DNA of 64,000 nt from positions 6,107 through 70,106 of the forward strand of contig JAFDYS010000037.1 in the NCBI GenBank assembly GCA_018267315.1, written 5' to 3'. This stretch comes from Bacteroidota bacterium. Its GTDB lineage: Bacteria > Bacteroidota > Bacteroidia > Chitinophagales > UBA10324. Position 1 is the stretch's first letter, and each line of letters opens with the position of its first letter. A model generated the notes under the pieces. The model made no database searches. It was not told the DNA's origin and was given only the letters and a program-made list of their open reading frames with translations. Positions 56,010-64,000 of the stretch are shown in pieces. The position numbers and the translations under genes were made by a program.

Positions 56010-57140
56010 ATGGAAACTCTCACCGCACCCAAAGCGGAAGTAAAAAAAGACGTTGATTTTCTTCCGCTCAACGGAACTGATTACGTTGAATTCTTTGTGG
56101 GCAATGCCAAACAGGCCGCGCACTATTATCAAAGTGCATTCGGGTTTGAACCCATTGCTTATGCCGGTCTGGAAACCGGCGTGCGCGATTGCGCATCGTA
56201 TGTATTGCAGCAGGACAAAATCCGGCTGGTGCTTACTGCATCGCTGCATCCGGATTCGGAAATTGCCGAACACGTGAAGAAACATGGTGACGGGGTGAAG
56301 GTGATTGCGCTGTGGGTGGATGATGCCACCCGGGCGTTCGAAGAAACGGTGAAGCGCGGCGCAAAACCGTTTGTAATACCCAAAGCGGAGAAAGATGAAT
56401 TCGGTGAAGTGGTGCGCTCCGGCATTCACACATTTGGTGAAACCGTGCATGTGTTTGTCGAAAGGAAAAATTATCACGGCGTATTCCTTCCGGGTTACAA
56501 GCCCTACCGGTCATTGCGTAAAACAGAACCCGTGGGCTTCCGGTATGTGGATCACATGGTGGGTAATGTGGGATGGAATGAAATGAATACGTGGGTGAAA
56601 TTTTACGAGGATGTGATGGGCTTCAAAAACATCTTGTCCTTTGATGATAAAGACATCAGCACCGAGTATTCGGCGCTCATGAGCAAAGTGATGAGCAACG
56701 GAAACGGACGCATCAAATTTCCGATTAACGAGCCGGCAGAAGGAAAAAAGAAATCACAGGTGGAAGAATATCTTGACTTCTACCACAGTCAGGGCGTGCA
56801 ACATATCGCGCTGGCCACGGACAACATCATTGAAACGGTTTCGGCATTACGTTCACGCGGCGTGGAATTCCTCACCGTGCCCGCATCGTATTATGATACG
56901 GTACTTGACCGCGTTGGGCACATTGATGAAGACCTGGCTCCGCTTCGCGATTTGGGAATTCTGATTGATCGGGATGATGAAGGATACCTGCTGCAGATAT
57001 TCTCCAAGCCGGTGGAGGACCGTCCGACCTTGTTCTATGAAATCATCCAGCGCAAAGGAGCAAAGTCATTCGGTAAAGGAAATTTCAAAGCGCTCTTTGA
57101 AGCCATAGAGCGTGAACAGGAATTGCGGGGCACTTTGTAA
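56010..57140 (+). CDS. hppD: 4-hydroxyphenylpyruvate dioxygenase
   Basis: Two VOC modules. HVKKHGDGVK, VDHMVGNV, GVQHIALATDNI, QIFSKPVEDRPTLFYEIIQRKG, FGKGNFKALFEAIEREQ. Confidence 0.9.
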   Translation: METLTAPKAEVKKDVDFLPLNGTDYVEFFVGNAKQAAHYYQSAFGFEPIAYAGLETGVRDCASYVLQQDKIRLVLTASLHPDSEIAEHVKKHGDGVKVIALWVDDATRAFEETVKRGAKPFVIPKAEKDEFGEVVRSGIHTFGETVHVFVERKNYHGVFLPGYKPYRSLRKTEPVGFRYVDHMVGNVGWNEMNTWVKFYEDVMGFKNILSFDDKDISTEYSALMSKVMSNGNGRIKFPINEPAEGKKKSQVEEYLDFYHSQGVQHIALATDNIIETVSALRSRGVEFLTVPASYYDTVLDRVGHIDEDLAPLRDLGILIDRDDEGYLLQIFSKPVEDRPTLFYEIIQRKGAKSFGKGNFKALFEAIEREQELRGTL

Positions 57141-57162
57141 TCGGTAGATCCCTCTGAACAGA

Positions 57163-57576
57163 ATGAACATCCCACTAAAAAAAGCAGCGCTCTTGGTTGC
57201 GCTGCTTTTTCTTTTCATGCACGGCGCGGGCGTTGCCTCTGCTCAATCCGGGCCGTCGCTGCTCGAGCAGCGCTTGTGCCGCACATGGAAATTTGATTAC
57301 CTCACACAGGATGGAAAAACCGTGAAGGCCGATAAGTCACTCGCTGATTTTGTCATCATCATCAGTTTGGATCACACCATCAAACAGGGCATGTATCCTG
57401 ACGGGCTCATCGGTGGCAAGTGGAAGGTGGATGAGAAGGAAATGATCCTTGACATCAATGATGAAACCACGTCGCAGCAATACCGGATGAAAATTTTTTC
57501 GGTCACTACCGATGAACTGGTGTTGCAGGATCCCGCCGCGGCATCACCGTCATTTCTTCATTACCGCGCGGAGTGA
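57163..57576 (+). CDS. Secreted hypothetical protein (lipocalin-like size)
   Basis: 137-aa ORF with a signal peptide (LLFLFMHGAGVASAQ). No motif recognised. Confidence 0.5.
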   Translation: MNIPLKKAALLVALLFLFMHGAGVASAQSGPSLLEQRLCRTWKFDYLTQDGKTVKADKSLADFVIIISLDHTIKQGMYPDGLIGGKWKVDEKEMILDINDETTSQQYRMKIFSVTTDELVLQDPAAASPSFLHYRAE

Positions 57577-57832
57577 GTGAAATATTTTTTCAGTGTTTTG
57601 TATGCAATGAAGGTCACGCCGGTGAAACAACCATCACATCAGTGAAGTGAATGAAGAAAAATTTTTGCTGCGGTGCGCACGGCATCAGCAGAAAAAAAAA
57701 TGGTGATGCAGCAATTTTTCATAGGAGAAATTCACAACGGAGAAACTTCTGCATGCATCATGCGTATCAGGTTTCACCAAAGTCAAAAACATTTTTCACA
57801 TGCAAGCTTCAACGTCATCACTTCCACGCATC

Positions 57833-57858
57833 ATTATTCACATCATTGTGTGAATAAT
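57833..57858. promoter_or_regulatory. Perfect 10-bp inverted repeat ATTATTCACA-n6-TGTGAATAAT upstream of the micro-ORF promoter (candidate operator or activator site)
   Basis: Read directly. It is centred about 50 bp upstream of the TAnnTTTG box at 57898. Confidence 0.35.
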
Positions 57859-57874
57859 TGTGAGAAGAAAAAAC

Positions 57875-57905
57875 TTTGGAAGATTACAAATTGGGTTTAC
57901 ATTTG
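57875..57905 (+). promoter_or_regulatory. Bacteroidota-type promoter: -33 TTTG plus -7 TACATTTG, 19-bp spacer
   Basis: TTTG at 57875..57878 and TACATTTG at 57898..57905, 20 nt upstream of the ATG at 57926. Confidence 0.5.
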
Positions 57906-57925
57906 AATCAACAAAATTTTTAACT

Positions 57926-58000
57926 ATGGCTACAAAAAAGAAAGCTGCTAAGAAAGCTGCTAAGAAAGGCGCAAAGAAAGCTGCTAAGAAGAGAAAATAA
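57926..58000 (+). CDS. 24-codon Lys/Ala-rich basic micro-protein (MATKKKAAKKAAKKGAKKAAKKRK)
   Basis: ATG..TAA read by hand; too short for the ORF track. It has a consensus-like promoter upstream and a strong terminator 21 nt downstream. The long antisense ORF 57838..58065 is its shadow. Confidence 0.5.
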   Translation: MATKKKAAKKAAKKGAKKAAKKRK

Positions 58001-58021
58001 GCAGATGAGCTTTGCAAAGCT

Positions 58022-58057
58022 GAAGGGCGTTCACCAGGTGAGCGCCCTTCGGTTTTT
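58022..58057. terminator. Strong hairpin terminator (bidirectional position)
   Basis: GAAGGGCGTTCACC / GGTGAGCGCCCTTC gives a stem of about 12-14 bp with one G:U pair, followed by GGTTTTT. It lies between the micro-ORF (+) and the M23 peptidase gene (-). Confidence 0.8.
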
Positions 58058-58184
58058 ATATGCATTCATCTTAAGGATGAAGAAATGATTCGTGATGAAA
58101 CAGAAGATAGAAAACTCATTTCATCCTTCTGCTGCAGCAGCATCCGCATTAAAGAGTCATAGACTATTCACCATTGACGCTTCG

Positions 58185-59156
58185 CTAGTCAAACGACTGA
58201 TTGGACTGATCTGCGATCTTGAGCATCTCTTCATACTGTGCCGGAGTGAGATCGTTGAAGAAGAAATTGATGGGATCGAGTTTGGTACCGCTCTTCCACA
58301 CTTCGTAATGCAGATGCGGCGCGGTGGATTTACCGGTACTGCCGACATATCCGATCAGGTCACCGCGATTCACTTTTTGTCCTTCACGAACCACAATGCG
58401 GCTCAGGTGCGCATACATGCTCTGGTAGCCGACCATGTGTGAAAGCACGATGTGATTTCCGTAGCCGGTGTTTCCGTATTCCACCTGGCTCACGGTTCCG
58501 TTACCGGTGGCATACACGGGTGTGCCAACTGCCGCAGAGAAATCAAGTCCTTCATGCATTTTCGGAATCTTGTAAATAGGATCGATGCGCATGCCGAAGC
58601 CGGATGCAATGTGCTTGAGGTTTTTATTTGACACGGGCTGAATGGCAGGAATGGATGCCAGTACCTGTTCTTTTCCTTTGATCAGTTCGGAGATCTGGTC
58701 AAACGATTTTGACTGGATGTAAAGTCCGCGGCGTATCTGATCCAGTTTCTTCGCTGTGGACGTCATCAGTTCACCGTTGTCGTAATTCATCAGCTCGCGG
58801 TAACGGTTTACCCCGCCGGATCCGGCTTGCCGGACGCTGTTCGGTATCGGCTCGGCTTCGAAGATCACTCGGTAAATGTTGTCATCACGGTCCTGAATGT
58901 CGCTGAGCACTTCCTGCATCTGGTTCAACTGATCATTCAGATTGTCATACTGCAGTTGCAGTTCACTGATTTCACGTTTCAGCCCTTTCTCCTTCGGCGA
59001 ATCGAGGTAGGTATAGGCCAGCGCCACAATGATGAGGGCAAATACCAATGCGGCGGAAATGAACCCCACCGCGCGCAGCACACGCGTCTTCAGCGATACT
59101 TCATACTTCTCGTATCGCAACGATTGTGTGTTGTAGTAGTACTTAACCTTCTTCAT
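58185..59156 (-). CDS. M23-family metallopeptidase (membrane-anchored, coiled-coil linker)
   Basis: N-terminal TM helix. HEGLDF and GSTGKSTAPHLHYEV are the HxxxD and HxH zinc motifs. Confidence 0.88.
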   Translation of the reverse strand: MKKVKYYYNTQSLRYEKYEVSLKTRVLRAVGFISAALVFALIIVALAYTYLDSPKEKGLKREISELQLQYDNLNDQLNQMQEVLSDIQDRDDNIYRVIFEAEPIPNSVRQAGSGGVNRYRELMNYDNGELMTSTAKKLDQIRRGLYIQSKSFDQISELIKGKEQVLASIPAIQPVSNKNLKHIASGFGMRIDPIYKIPKMHEGLDFSAAVGTPVYATGNGTVSQVEYGNTGYGNHIVLSHMVGYQSMYAHLSRIVVREGQKVNRGDLIGYVGSTGKSTAPHLHYEVWKSGTKLDPINFFFNDLTPAQYEEMLKIADQSNQSFD

Positions 59157-59175
59157 CGGTGTGGATGGGTTTGGC

Positions 59176-59183
59176 TAACTTTG
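59176..59183 (+). promoter_or_regulatory. -7 promoter box (TAnnTTTG) for alaS
   Basis: TAACTTTG lies 66 nt upstream of the ATG at 59250. Confidence 0.4.
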
Positions 59184-59210
59184 AGCGCGTTTCACCCTGC
59201 TGTAGTGAAG

Positions 59211-59218
59211 CAAAATTA
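59211..59218 (-). promoter_or_regulatory. -7 promoter box (TAnnTTTG on the minus strand) for the M23 peptidase gene
   Basis: Plus-strand CAAAATTA is TAATTTTG on the minus strand, 54 nt upstream of the start at 59156. Confidence 0.35.
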
Positions 59219-59249
59219 ACCAATCCAGTTTTTGAAGGCAAGGAGTTTT

Positions 59250-61865
59250 ATGTTGACATCGAAGGAAATTCGACAAGCGTTCCTGGACTATTTCAAATCG
59301 AAGGGGCATACGATTGTTCCTTCCGCGCCCATTGTGGTGAAGAACGATCCCACGCTCATGTTCACCAATGCGGGCATGAATCAGTTCAAGGATATTTTTC
59401 TGGGAGACAAGAATCCCGCATCACCGAGAATCGCTGATACCCAGAAGTGCCTCCGGGTTTCGGGCAAGCATAATGATCTGGAAGAAGTGGGCATTGATAC
59501 GTATCACCACACCATGTTTGAGATGCTCGGCAACTGGAGTTTCGGTGATTACTTTAAGAAGGAAGCGATTGAGTGGGCGTGGGAACTGCTCACGGAAGTA
59601 TATAAAATTCCGAAAGACCGGTTGTATGTGACCATTTTTGAAGGAGATGCTTCAGAAGATTTGCCGAGAGATGATGAAGCATTCAGCCACTGGAAGCAGT
59701 GGATTGCTGAAGACCGCATCCTGCTTGGAAATAAAAAAGACAATTTCTGGGAGATGGGTGACACCGGCCCGTGTGGACCCTGTTCCGAAATTCATGTGGA
59801 TGCACGCAGTGACGAAAAACGCAAACTCGCGGATGGCAAGACCCTCGTGAATGCCGGTGATCCTGAAGTAATCGAAATCTGGAATCTTGTTTTCATTCAG
59901 TTCAACCGCCAGTCTGACGGATCGCTCAAGCAGCTTCCGGCAAAACATGTGGATACAGGCATGGGCTTCGAACGTCTGACGCGCGTGTTGCAGGAAAAAA
60001 AATCGAATTACGACTCTGATATTTTTCAGCCATTCATCCGGTTTATTGAAAAAAGATCAGGCATGGCATACCGAACCCATGAAATGTCAGATATCGCTAT
60101 GCGCGTGATGAGCGATCACATCCGCGCCATCGGTTTTGCCATCGCCGACGGGCAAATTCCTTCTAATACCGGTGCCGGGTATGTGATCCGGAGAATTCTT
60201 CGCAGAGCGGTTCGCTATTATTATTCATTCCTCAACCTGCAATCACCGGTGTTGTTTGAAATGATTTCCATCCTCGCTGATGAATTCGGTGATGTGTTTC
60301 CCGAAGTGCGGCAGCAAAAAGATTTTATCGCCCGTGTGGTGGAAGAAGAAGAGTCATCCTTCCTCAAGACGCTGGAATCAGGATTGAAGCGTATCGCGCA
60401 ACTTGAGGAAAAAGGACTGATGAAATCAAAGGTGCTGGATGGCAAGTCTGCTTTCGAATTGTATGACACCTACGGCTTCCCCATTGATCTTACCCGCCTC
60501 ATTGCTGCGGAAAAAAACTGGAGCATAGATGAAAAAGGATTTGCCACCGAACTGGAAAAACAAAAAGAACGCAGCCGCAAAGCTTCAGAGGTGGTGAGCT
60601 CCGATTGGGTGGAATTGAAAAAAGCGGATAAGATTGAATTTGTCGGATATGATTCACTGGAAGCGAAAGCATCGGTGGTGAAATACCGCATGCAAAAAGC
60701 AAAGGATAAAGAGATATTCCAGGTAGTGCTGGAGCGTACACCCTTTTACGCAGAAAGCGGCGGACAGGTGGGTGATAAAGGAATCCTCCTTTTTGGAGGA
60801 GAAGAAGTGCAGGTGCTGGACACCAGAAAGGAGAATGATCTCATCATTCATTTCGTAAACAAATTTCCATCTGACTTTGCAGGCGAAGTCACAGCCAAAG
60901 TGAACCGCAGCTTGCGCCTTGATACCATGAACAATCACTCCGCCACGCATCTGCTGCATGCAGCACTGAGAAAAGTGCTCGGCACACACGTGCAACAGAA
61001 AGGTTCGCTGGTGGCTCCGGATTATCTGCGGTTCGATTTTTCACATTTCTCTAAACTCAGCCATGAGGAGCTGGAAGAAATTGAATCCATCGTGAATGAG
61101 AAGATCCGGGAGAACATCATCCGCGAAGAAGAAGTGATGGCTATTGATGATGCCATGAAAACGGGAGCCATGGCCCTGTTTGGTGAGAAGTACGGCGACC
61201 GGGTACGCGTGATCACTTTCGGCAAAAATTATTCCCGCGAACTGTGCGGCGGCACGCATGTGCCATCCACGGGTGTGATCGGTTATTTCAGGATCACATC
61301 GGAGAGCGCCATTGCCGCCGGCGTGAGAAGAATTGAAGCGGTGACCGGCGCGGGTGCGGAGAAACTGATCCGCAGCACATTTAACCGCATATCGCATTTG
61401 CAGGAATTGGTAGGCAATGACCTGGAGAAGGGTATTGTAAACCTGCAGGATGAGAATGCGAAACTGAAAAAACGCCTCGAGTATTTGGAGTTGCAGCAGG
61501 TAAATCAGTTGAAGGAACAGCTGAAGTCCGCAGCCGAGGAGATTGGCGGTATCCGTTTTATTGGTGCTCACATCAATCTGGATTCAGCCGATGCGTTGAA
61601 GAAACTCGCTTACGATCTGCGTAATGAATTGGACAACCTGGTTTTTGCCGGAGGCATTTCAGTGAACGGAAAAGCGCAGCTTGCCGTCATGATTTCAGAT
61701 AACCTCGTGAGTGAAAAATCACTCGATGCCGGCAAGATTATTAAGGCGGTGAGTAAAGAAATCAACGGCGGCGGCGGTGGCCAAAAGTATTTTGCCACAG
61801 CCGGCGGCACTAATCCGTCCGGGATTGGAAATGCCATTGAGGCAGTGAAGAAATTACTCGGTTAA
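59250..61865 (+). CDS. alaS: Alanine-tRNA ligase
   Basis: MLTSKEIRQAFLDYFKSKGH, FTNAGMNQFK, GNWSFGDYFK and CGPCSEIH. The editing-domain motif is HSATHLLH...CGGTH. The ORF extends to 59232. Confidence 0.93.
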   Translation: MLTSKEIRQAFLDYFKSKGHTIVPSAPIVVKNDPTLMFTNAGMNQFKDIFLGDKNPASPRIADTQKCLRVSGKHNDLEEVGIDTYHHTMFEMLGNWSFGDYFKKEAIEWAWELLTEVYKIPKDRLYVTIFEGDASEDLPRDDEAFSHWKQWIAEDRILLGNKKDNFWEMGDTGPCGPCSEIHVDARSDEKRKLADGKTLVNAGDPEVIEIWNLVFIQFNRQSDGSLKQLPAKHVDTGMGFERLTRVLQEKKSNYDSDIFQPFIRFIEKRSGMAYRTHEMSDIAMRVMSDHIRAIGFAIADGQIPSNTGAGYVIRRILRRAVRYYYSFLNLQSPVLFEMISILADEFGDVFPEVRQQKDFIARVVEEEESSFLKTLESGLKRIAQLEEKGLMKSKVLDGKSAFELYDTYGFPIDLTRLIAAEKNWSIDEKGFATELEKQKERSRKASEVVSSDWVELKKADKIEFVGYDSLEAKASVVKYRMQKAKDKEIFQVVLERTPFYAESGGQVGDKGILLFGGEEVQVLDTRKENDLIIHFVNKFPSDFAGEVTAKVNRSLRLDTMNNHSATHLLHAALRKVLGTHVQQKGSLVAPDYLRFDFSHFSKLSHEELEEIESIVNEKIRENIIREEEVMAIDDAMKTGAMALFGEKYGDRVRVITFGKNYSRELCGGTHVPSTGVIGYFRITSESAIAAGVRRIEAVTGAGAEKLIRSTFNRISHLQELVGNDLEKGIVNLQDENAKLKKRLEYLELQQVNQLKEQLKSAAEEIGGIRFIGAHINLDSADALKKLAYDLRNELDNLVFAGGISVNGKAQLAVMISDNLVSEKSLDAGKIIKAVSKEINGGGGGQKYFATAGGTNPSGIGNAIEAVKKLLG

Positions 61866-62001
61866 CCACTGCCCGGCTGAGCTTCCTGCCATTTCGCCGG
61901 AGTATTTAGCGTCAACATAATGGTTAAGAAACTGCTAAAGGCAGTGACCATCTCCATTAAATTTTTATGCCATTTATTTTTGCAGCCCTTAACATTTTAT
62001 C

Positions 62002-63012
62002 ATGGACCTCATAACCACGAATCAAACGGTTGATATTGCAGCACTCAATGACCGTATTCAGCGCGAAAGTGCCTTCGTAGATCTGCTCAGCATTGAAATC
62101 GGTAAATCCATCATCGGGCAGAAATACATGGTCGAAAGGTTGCTGATCGGGCTGCTGAGCAACGGGCATATTCTGCTGGAGGGCGTTCCCGGCTTGGCAA
62201 AAACACTGGCGATAAAATCACTGGCCGCAGCCATTCATGCCCGGTATTCACGCATTCAGTTTACTCCCGACCTGCTGCCGGCTGATCTCATCGGTACCAT
62301 GATCTACAATCAGAAGGAGAATGAATTTTCCGTGAAGAAAGGTCCGGTGTTCGCCAACTTCGTGCTGGCGGATGAGATTAACCGTGCACCCGCTAAAGTG
62401 CAAAGTGCCTTGCTTGAAGCGATGCAGGAGCGCCAGGTCACCATCGGGGAAAAAACCTTTGCACTCGATGAGCCGTTCCTCGTGCTCGCCACGCAAAATC
62501 CCATTGAGCAGGAGGGAACCTATCCCTTACCGGAAGCGCAGGTGGATCGTTTCATGCTCAAGGCCGTGATTGGCTATCCAAAAAAAGAAGAGGAGCAATT
62601 GATCATCCGCCAAAACATGCAGCTTGCTCCGAAACCGATTACACCAGTCGTTCAAAAGGAGGATATCCTGAAAGCCAGAAACACCGTTCGCGAGGTTTAC
62701 ATGGATGAAAAGATTGAGCACTACATTCTGGATATTGTATTCGCCACGCGCAAGCCCGAAGACTACAAACTAGCCAAACTGAAACCGCTGATCAGCTACG
62801 GCAGTTCGCCGCGCGCCAGCATCAATTTGGCTATTGCATCCAAAGCGTATGCTTTCATCAAGCGACGTGGTTATGTGATTCCGGAAGATGTGCGGGCGGT
62901 GTGTTACGATGTGATGCGTCACCGCATCGGTCTCACCTATGAAGCCGAAGCGGAGAATGTAACGACGGAGAATGTCATCAGCGAGATTCTGAATGTTGTG
63001 GAAGTGCCGTAA
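62002..63012 (+). CDS. MoxR-family AAA+ ATPase (first gene of a Bat-like operon)
   Basis: GVPGLAKT (Walker A), LADEINRAPAKVQSALLEAMQE (Walker B and sensor), ATQNPIEQEGTYPLPEAQVDRF. Confidence 0.9.
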   Translation: MDLITTNQTVDIAALNDRIQRESAFVDLLSIEIGKSIIGQKYMVERLLIGLLSNGHILLEGVPGLAKTLAIKSLAAAIHARYSRIQFTPDLLPADLIGTMIYNQKENEFSVKKGPVFANFVLADEINRAPAKVQSALLEAMQERQVTIGEKTFALDEPFLVLATQNPIEQEGTYPLPEAQVDRFMLKAVIGYPKKEEEQLIIRQNMQLAPKPITPVVQKEDILKARNTVREVYMDEKIEHYILDIVFATRKPEDYKLAKLKPLISYGSSPRASINLAIASKAYAFIKRRGYVIPEDVRAVCYDVMRHRIGLTYEAEAENVTTENVISEILNVVEVP

Positions 63013-63013
63013 T

Positions 63014-63023
63014 CCGGTTGTCG
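63014..63023. repeat. Left flank repeat of the four-helix-bundle cassette (CCGGTTGTCG)
   Basis: It is the reverse complement of CGACAACCGG, found at 63425..63434 immediately after the cassette gene. Confidence 0.5.
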
Positions 63024-63040
63024 ATTGCCAGAAAAAGAAC

Positions 63041-63415
63041 ATGTCAGACTATTCATCATACGGGGTACTTGATGTTTGGAAGAAGGCGCAAATCCTTGCA
63101 GGTGAGATTTGCAAGTTGACGGCGAATTTTTCAAAGGATGAGTCATATGAGTTGATTATGCAAATGAGGCGCGCCGCAGTTTCGATTGCTTCAAATATTG
63201 AAAAGGGTTGCGGTAGGCAATTCAAAAAGGATACACTTCTGCTCCCGCATATCGGCCGGGGCTCACAATACGAACTTGAACCAGAAACACTTCTTGCGTT
63301 TAATCTTGCATGCATTTCAGATGAAGAGGGCCGGAGACTTGACAGATTATTTTTTGAATGCAGAAAACTGTCAAGCGGATTCATCAATCATGTTGAATCG
63401 ATAAACCTAAAATGA
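63041..63415 (+). CDS. Four-helix-bundle protein (23S rRNA intervening-sequence protein family)
   Basis: LDVWKKAQILAGEICKLTANFSKDESYELIMQMRRAAVSIASNIEKGCGR... matches the family pattern F.(V/L)W.KA..L...IY.LT..FP..E.Y.L..Q.RRAA.SI..NIAEG.GR. The second half looks somewhat degenerate. The ORF extends to 62993 and overlaps moxR. Confidence 0.75.
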   Translation: MSDYSSYGVLDVWKKAQILAGEICKLTANFSKDESYELIMQMRRAAVSIASNIEKGCGRQFKKDTLLLPHIGRGSQYELEPETLLAFNLACISDEEGRRLDRLFFECRKLSSGFINHVESINLK

Positions 63416-64000
63416 TGGTGGGACCGACAACCGGCAACAGACAACCGGCAACTGAAGACAAACGCAAAAAGCTCCGCCGCATTGAAATAAAAACGCGGAA
63501 GCTTTCGAATCAGATTTTTTCCGGCAGTTATCATTCAGCATTCAAGGGGAGGGGAATTTCATTCAGTGAGGTGCGTGAATACAACTACGGCGATGATGTG
63601 CGGCAGATTGACTGGAACGTGACGGCGCGCAGCGGCAAACCATTCATCAAGGTGTTTGAAGAAGAACGGGAACTTACCATGATGCTGCTGATTGATGTGA
63701 GCCAGTCATCTTTTTTCGGTACACAGAATGAATTCAAGAACCACATCATTGCCGAGATCAGCGGCATACTGGCTTTCAGCGCCATCACCAACAACGATAA
63801 GGTGGGTGTGATTTTTTTCAGCGACCAGGTGGAGAAATTCATTCCGCCTAAAAAAGGAAAGACGCATATCCTGCGCATCATTTCGGAGATTTATGATTTC
63901 CATCCGAAAAACTCCGGAACCCACGTTGCTGATGCGCTCAGGTATCTGAATAATGTGGTTAAGAAGAAATGTATCGCTTTTCTCATTTCTGATTTTCTCG
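63412..64000 (+). CDS. DUF58 (vWA-like) protein, partial because it runs off the window end
   Basis: My own translation of frame 1 from ATG 63412: MMVGPTTGNRQPATEDKRKKLRRIEIKTRKLSNQIFSGSYHSAFKGRGISFSEVREYNYGDDVRQIDWNVTARSGKPFIKVFEEERELTMMLLIDVSQS... This is the conserved DUF58 core that follows MoxR in Bat-type operons. ATGA overlap with the upstream stop. It is absent from the ORF track because there is no stop in the window. Confidence 0.8.
   Translation, partial: MMVGPTTGNRQPATEDKRKKLRRIEIKTRKLSNQIFSGSYHSAFKGRGISFSEVREYNYGDDVRQIDWNVTARSGKPFIKVFEEERELTMMLLIDVSQSSFFGTQNEFKNHIIAEISGILAFSAITNNDKVGVIFFSDQVEKFIPPKKGKTHILRIISEIYDFHPKNSGTHVADALRYLNNVVKKKCIAFLISDFL
63425..63452. repeat. Right flank repeat: tandem GACAACCGGCAAC x2 (14-bp period)
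   Basis: cGACAACCGGCAACaGACAACCGGCAACtg, translated as the first residues (PTTGNRQPAT) of the downstream DUF58 ORF. Confidence 0.6.

Noticed and set aside
52469-57140. HMG-CoA lyase, CoA-transferase A/B and HppD (plus the acyl-CoA dehydrogenase at 25098) as a dedicated catabolic island
   Set aside because: The genes are interrupted by unrelated genes on both strands (yggS, DUF4296), each has its own promoter-like box, and all have host-like composition. This looks like ordinary dispersed housekeeping catabolism rather than an island.
57833-57858. CRP/FNR-type site (relevant because two cyclase-like genes are in the window)
   Set aside because: The half-sites are arranged TTCACA-n6-TGTGAA, the reverse of the CRP consensus TGTGA-n6-TCACA. 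It is kept only as a generic inverted repeat or operator candidate.
57651-57906. ORFs 57651..57857(+) and 57673..57906(+) in the long intergenic region, and 57838..58065(-)
   Set aside because: The plus-strand ORFs have implausible Cys/His/Arg/Phe-rich composition, no promoter context, and overlap each other. The minus-strand ORF (FLAAFFAPFLAAFLAAFFF) is the antisense shadow of the Lys/Ala micro-ORF and spans its terminator.

Overview
This looks like a chromosomal segment from a Bacteroidota bacterium. Support: six proteins with T9SS C-terminal sorting domains, a PorX-type response regulator, an ftsX-DUF3098 pair, a moxR-DUF58 (Bat-like) operon start, and TAnnTTTG -7 promoter boxes. By eye GC is mid-range, with a few clearly AT-rich patches. 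About 50 genes are mostly housekeeping: leuS, alaS, era, der, initiator tRNA-Met, murQ, galK, wecB, thiH, hppD, scoAB, HMG-CoA lyase, acyl-CoA dehydrogenase, yggS, ftsX. Between them sit large secreted or T9SS cargo proteins and signalling genes (TPR class III cyclase, DUF2652, HisKA_2 kinase plus LytTR regulator). The most unusual signal is inside leuS. A roughly 463-bp cassette encoding an intact-looking DUF559 (Vsr-like) endonuclease domain, bounded by 36-bp GC-rich inverted repeats that are each a hairpin, lies in frame between the conserved WIGKSEG and TTRPDT motifs at the edge of the CP1 editing domain, with no intein or intron hallmarks. A second small selfish-looking cassette, a four-helix-bundle (23S rRNA IVS-type) gene with short flanking repeats, is wedged between moxR and the DUF58 gene. 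Other points worth a second look: a lipoprotein cytochrome-like/beta-barrel three-gene operon, a GC-rich palindrome translated inside a T9SS sorting domain, AT-rich patches (one inside leuS), and a 24-codon Lys/Ala-rich micro-ORF with its own promoter and terminator. All calls rest on reading the sequence and the supplied ORF translations. No database searches were run.
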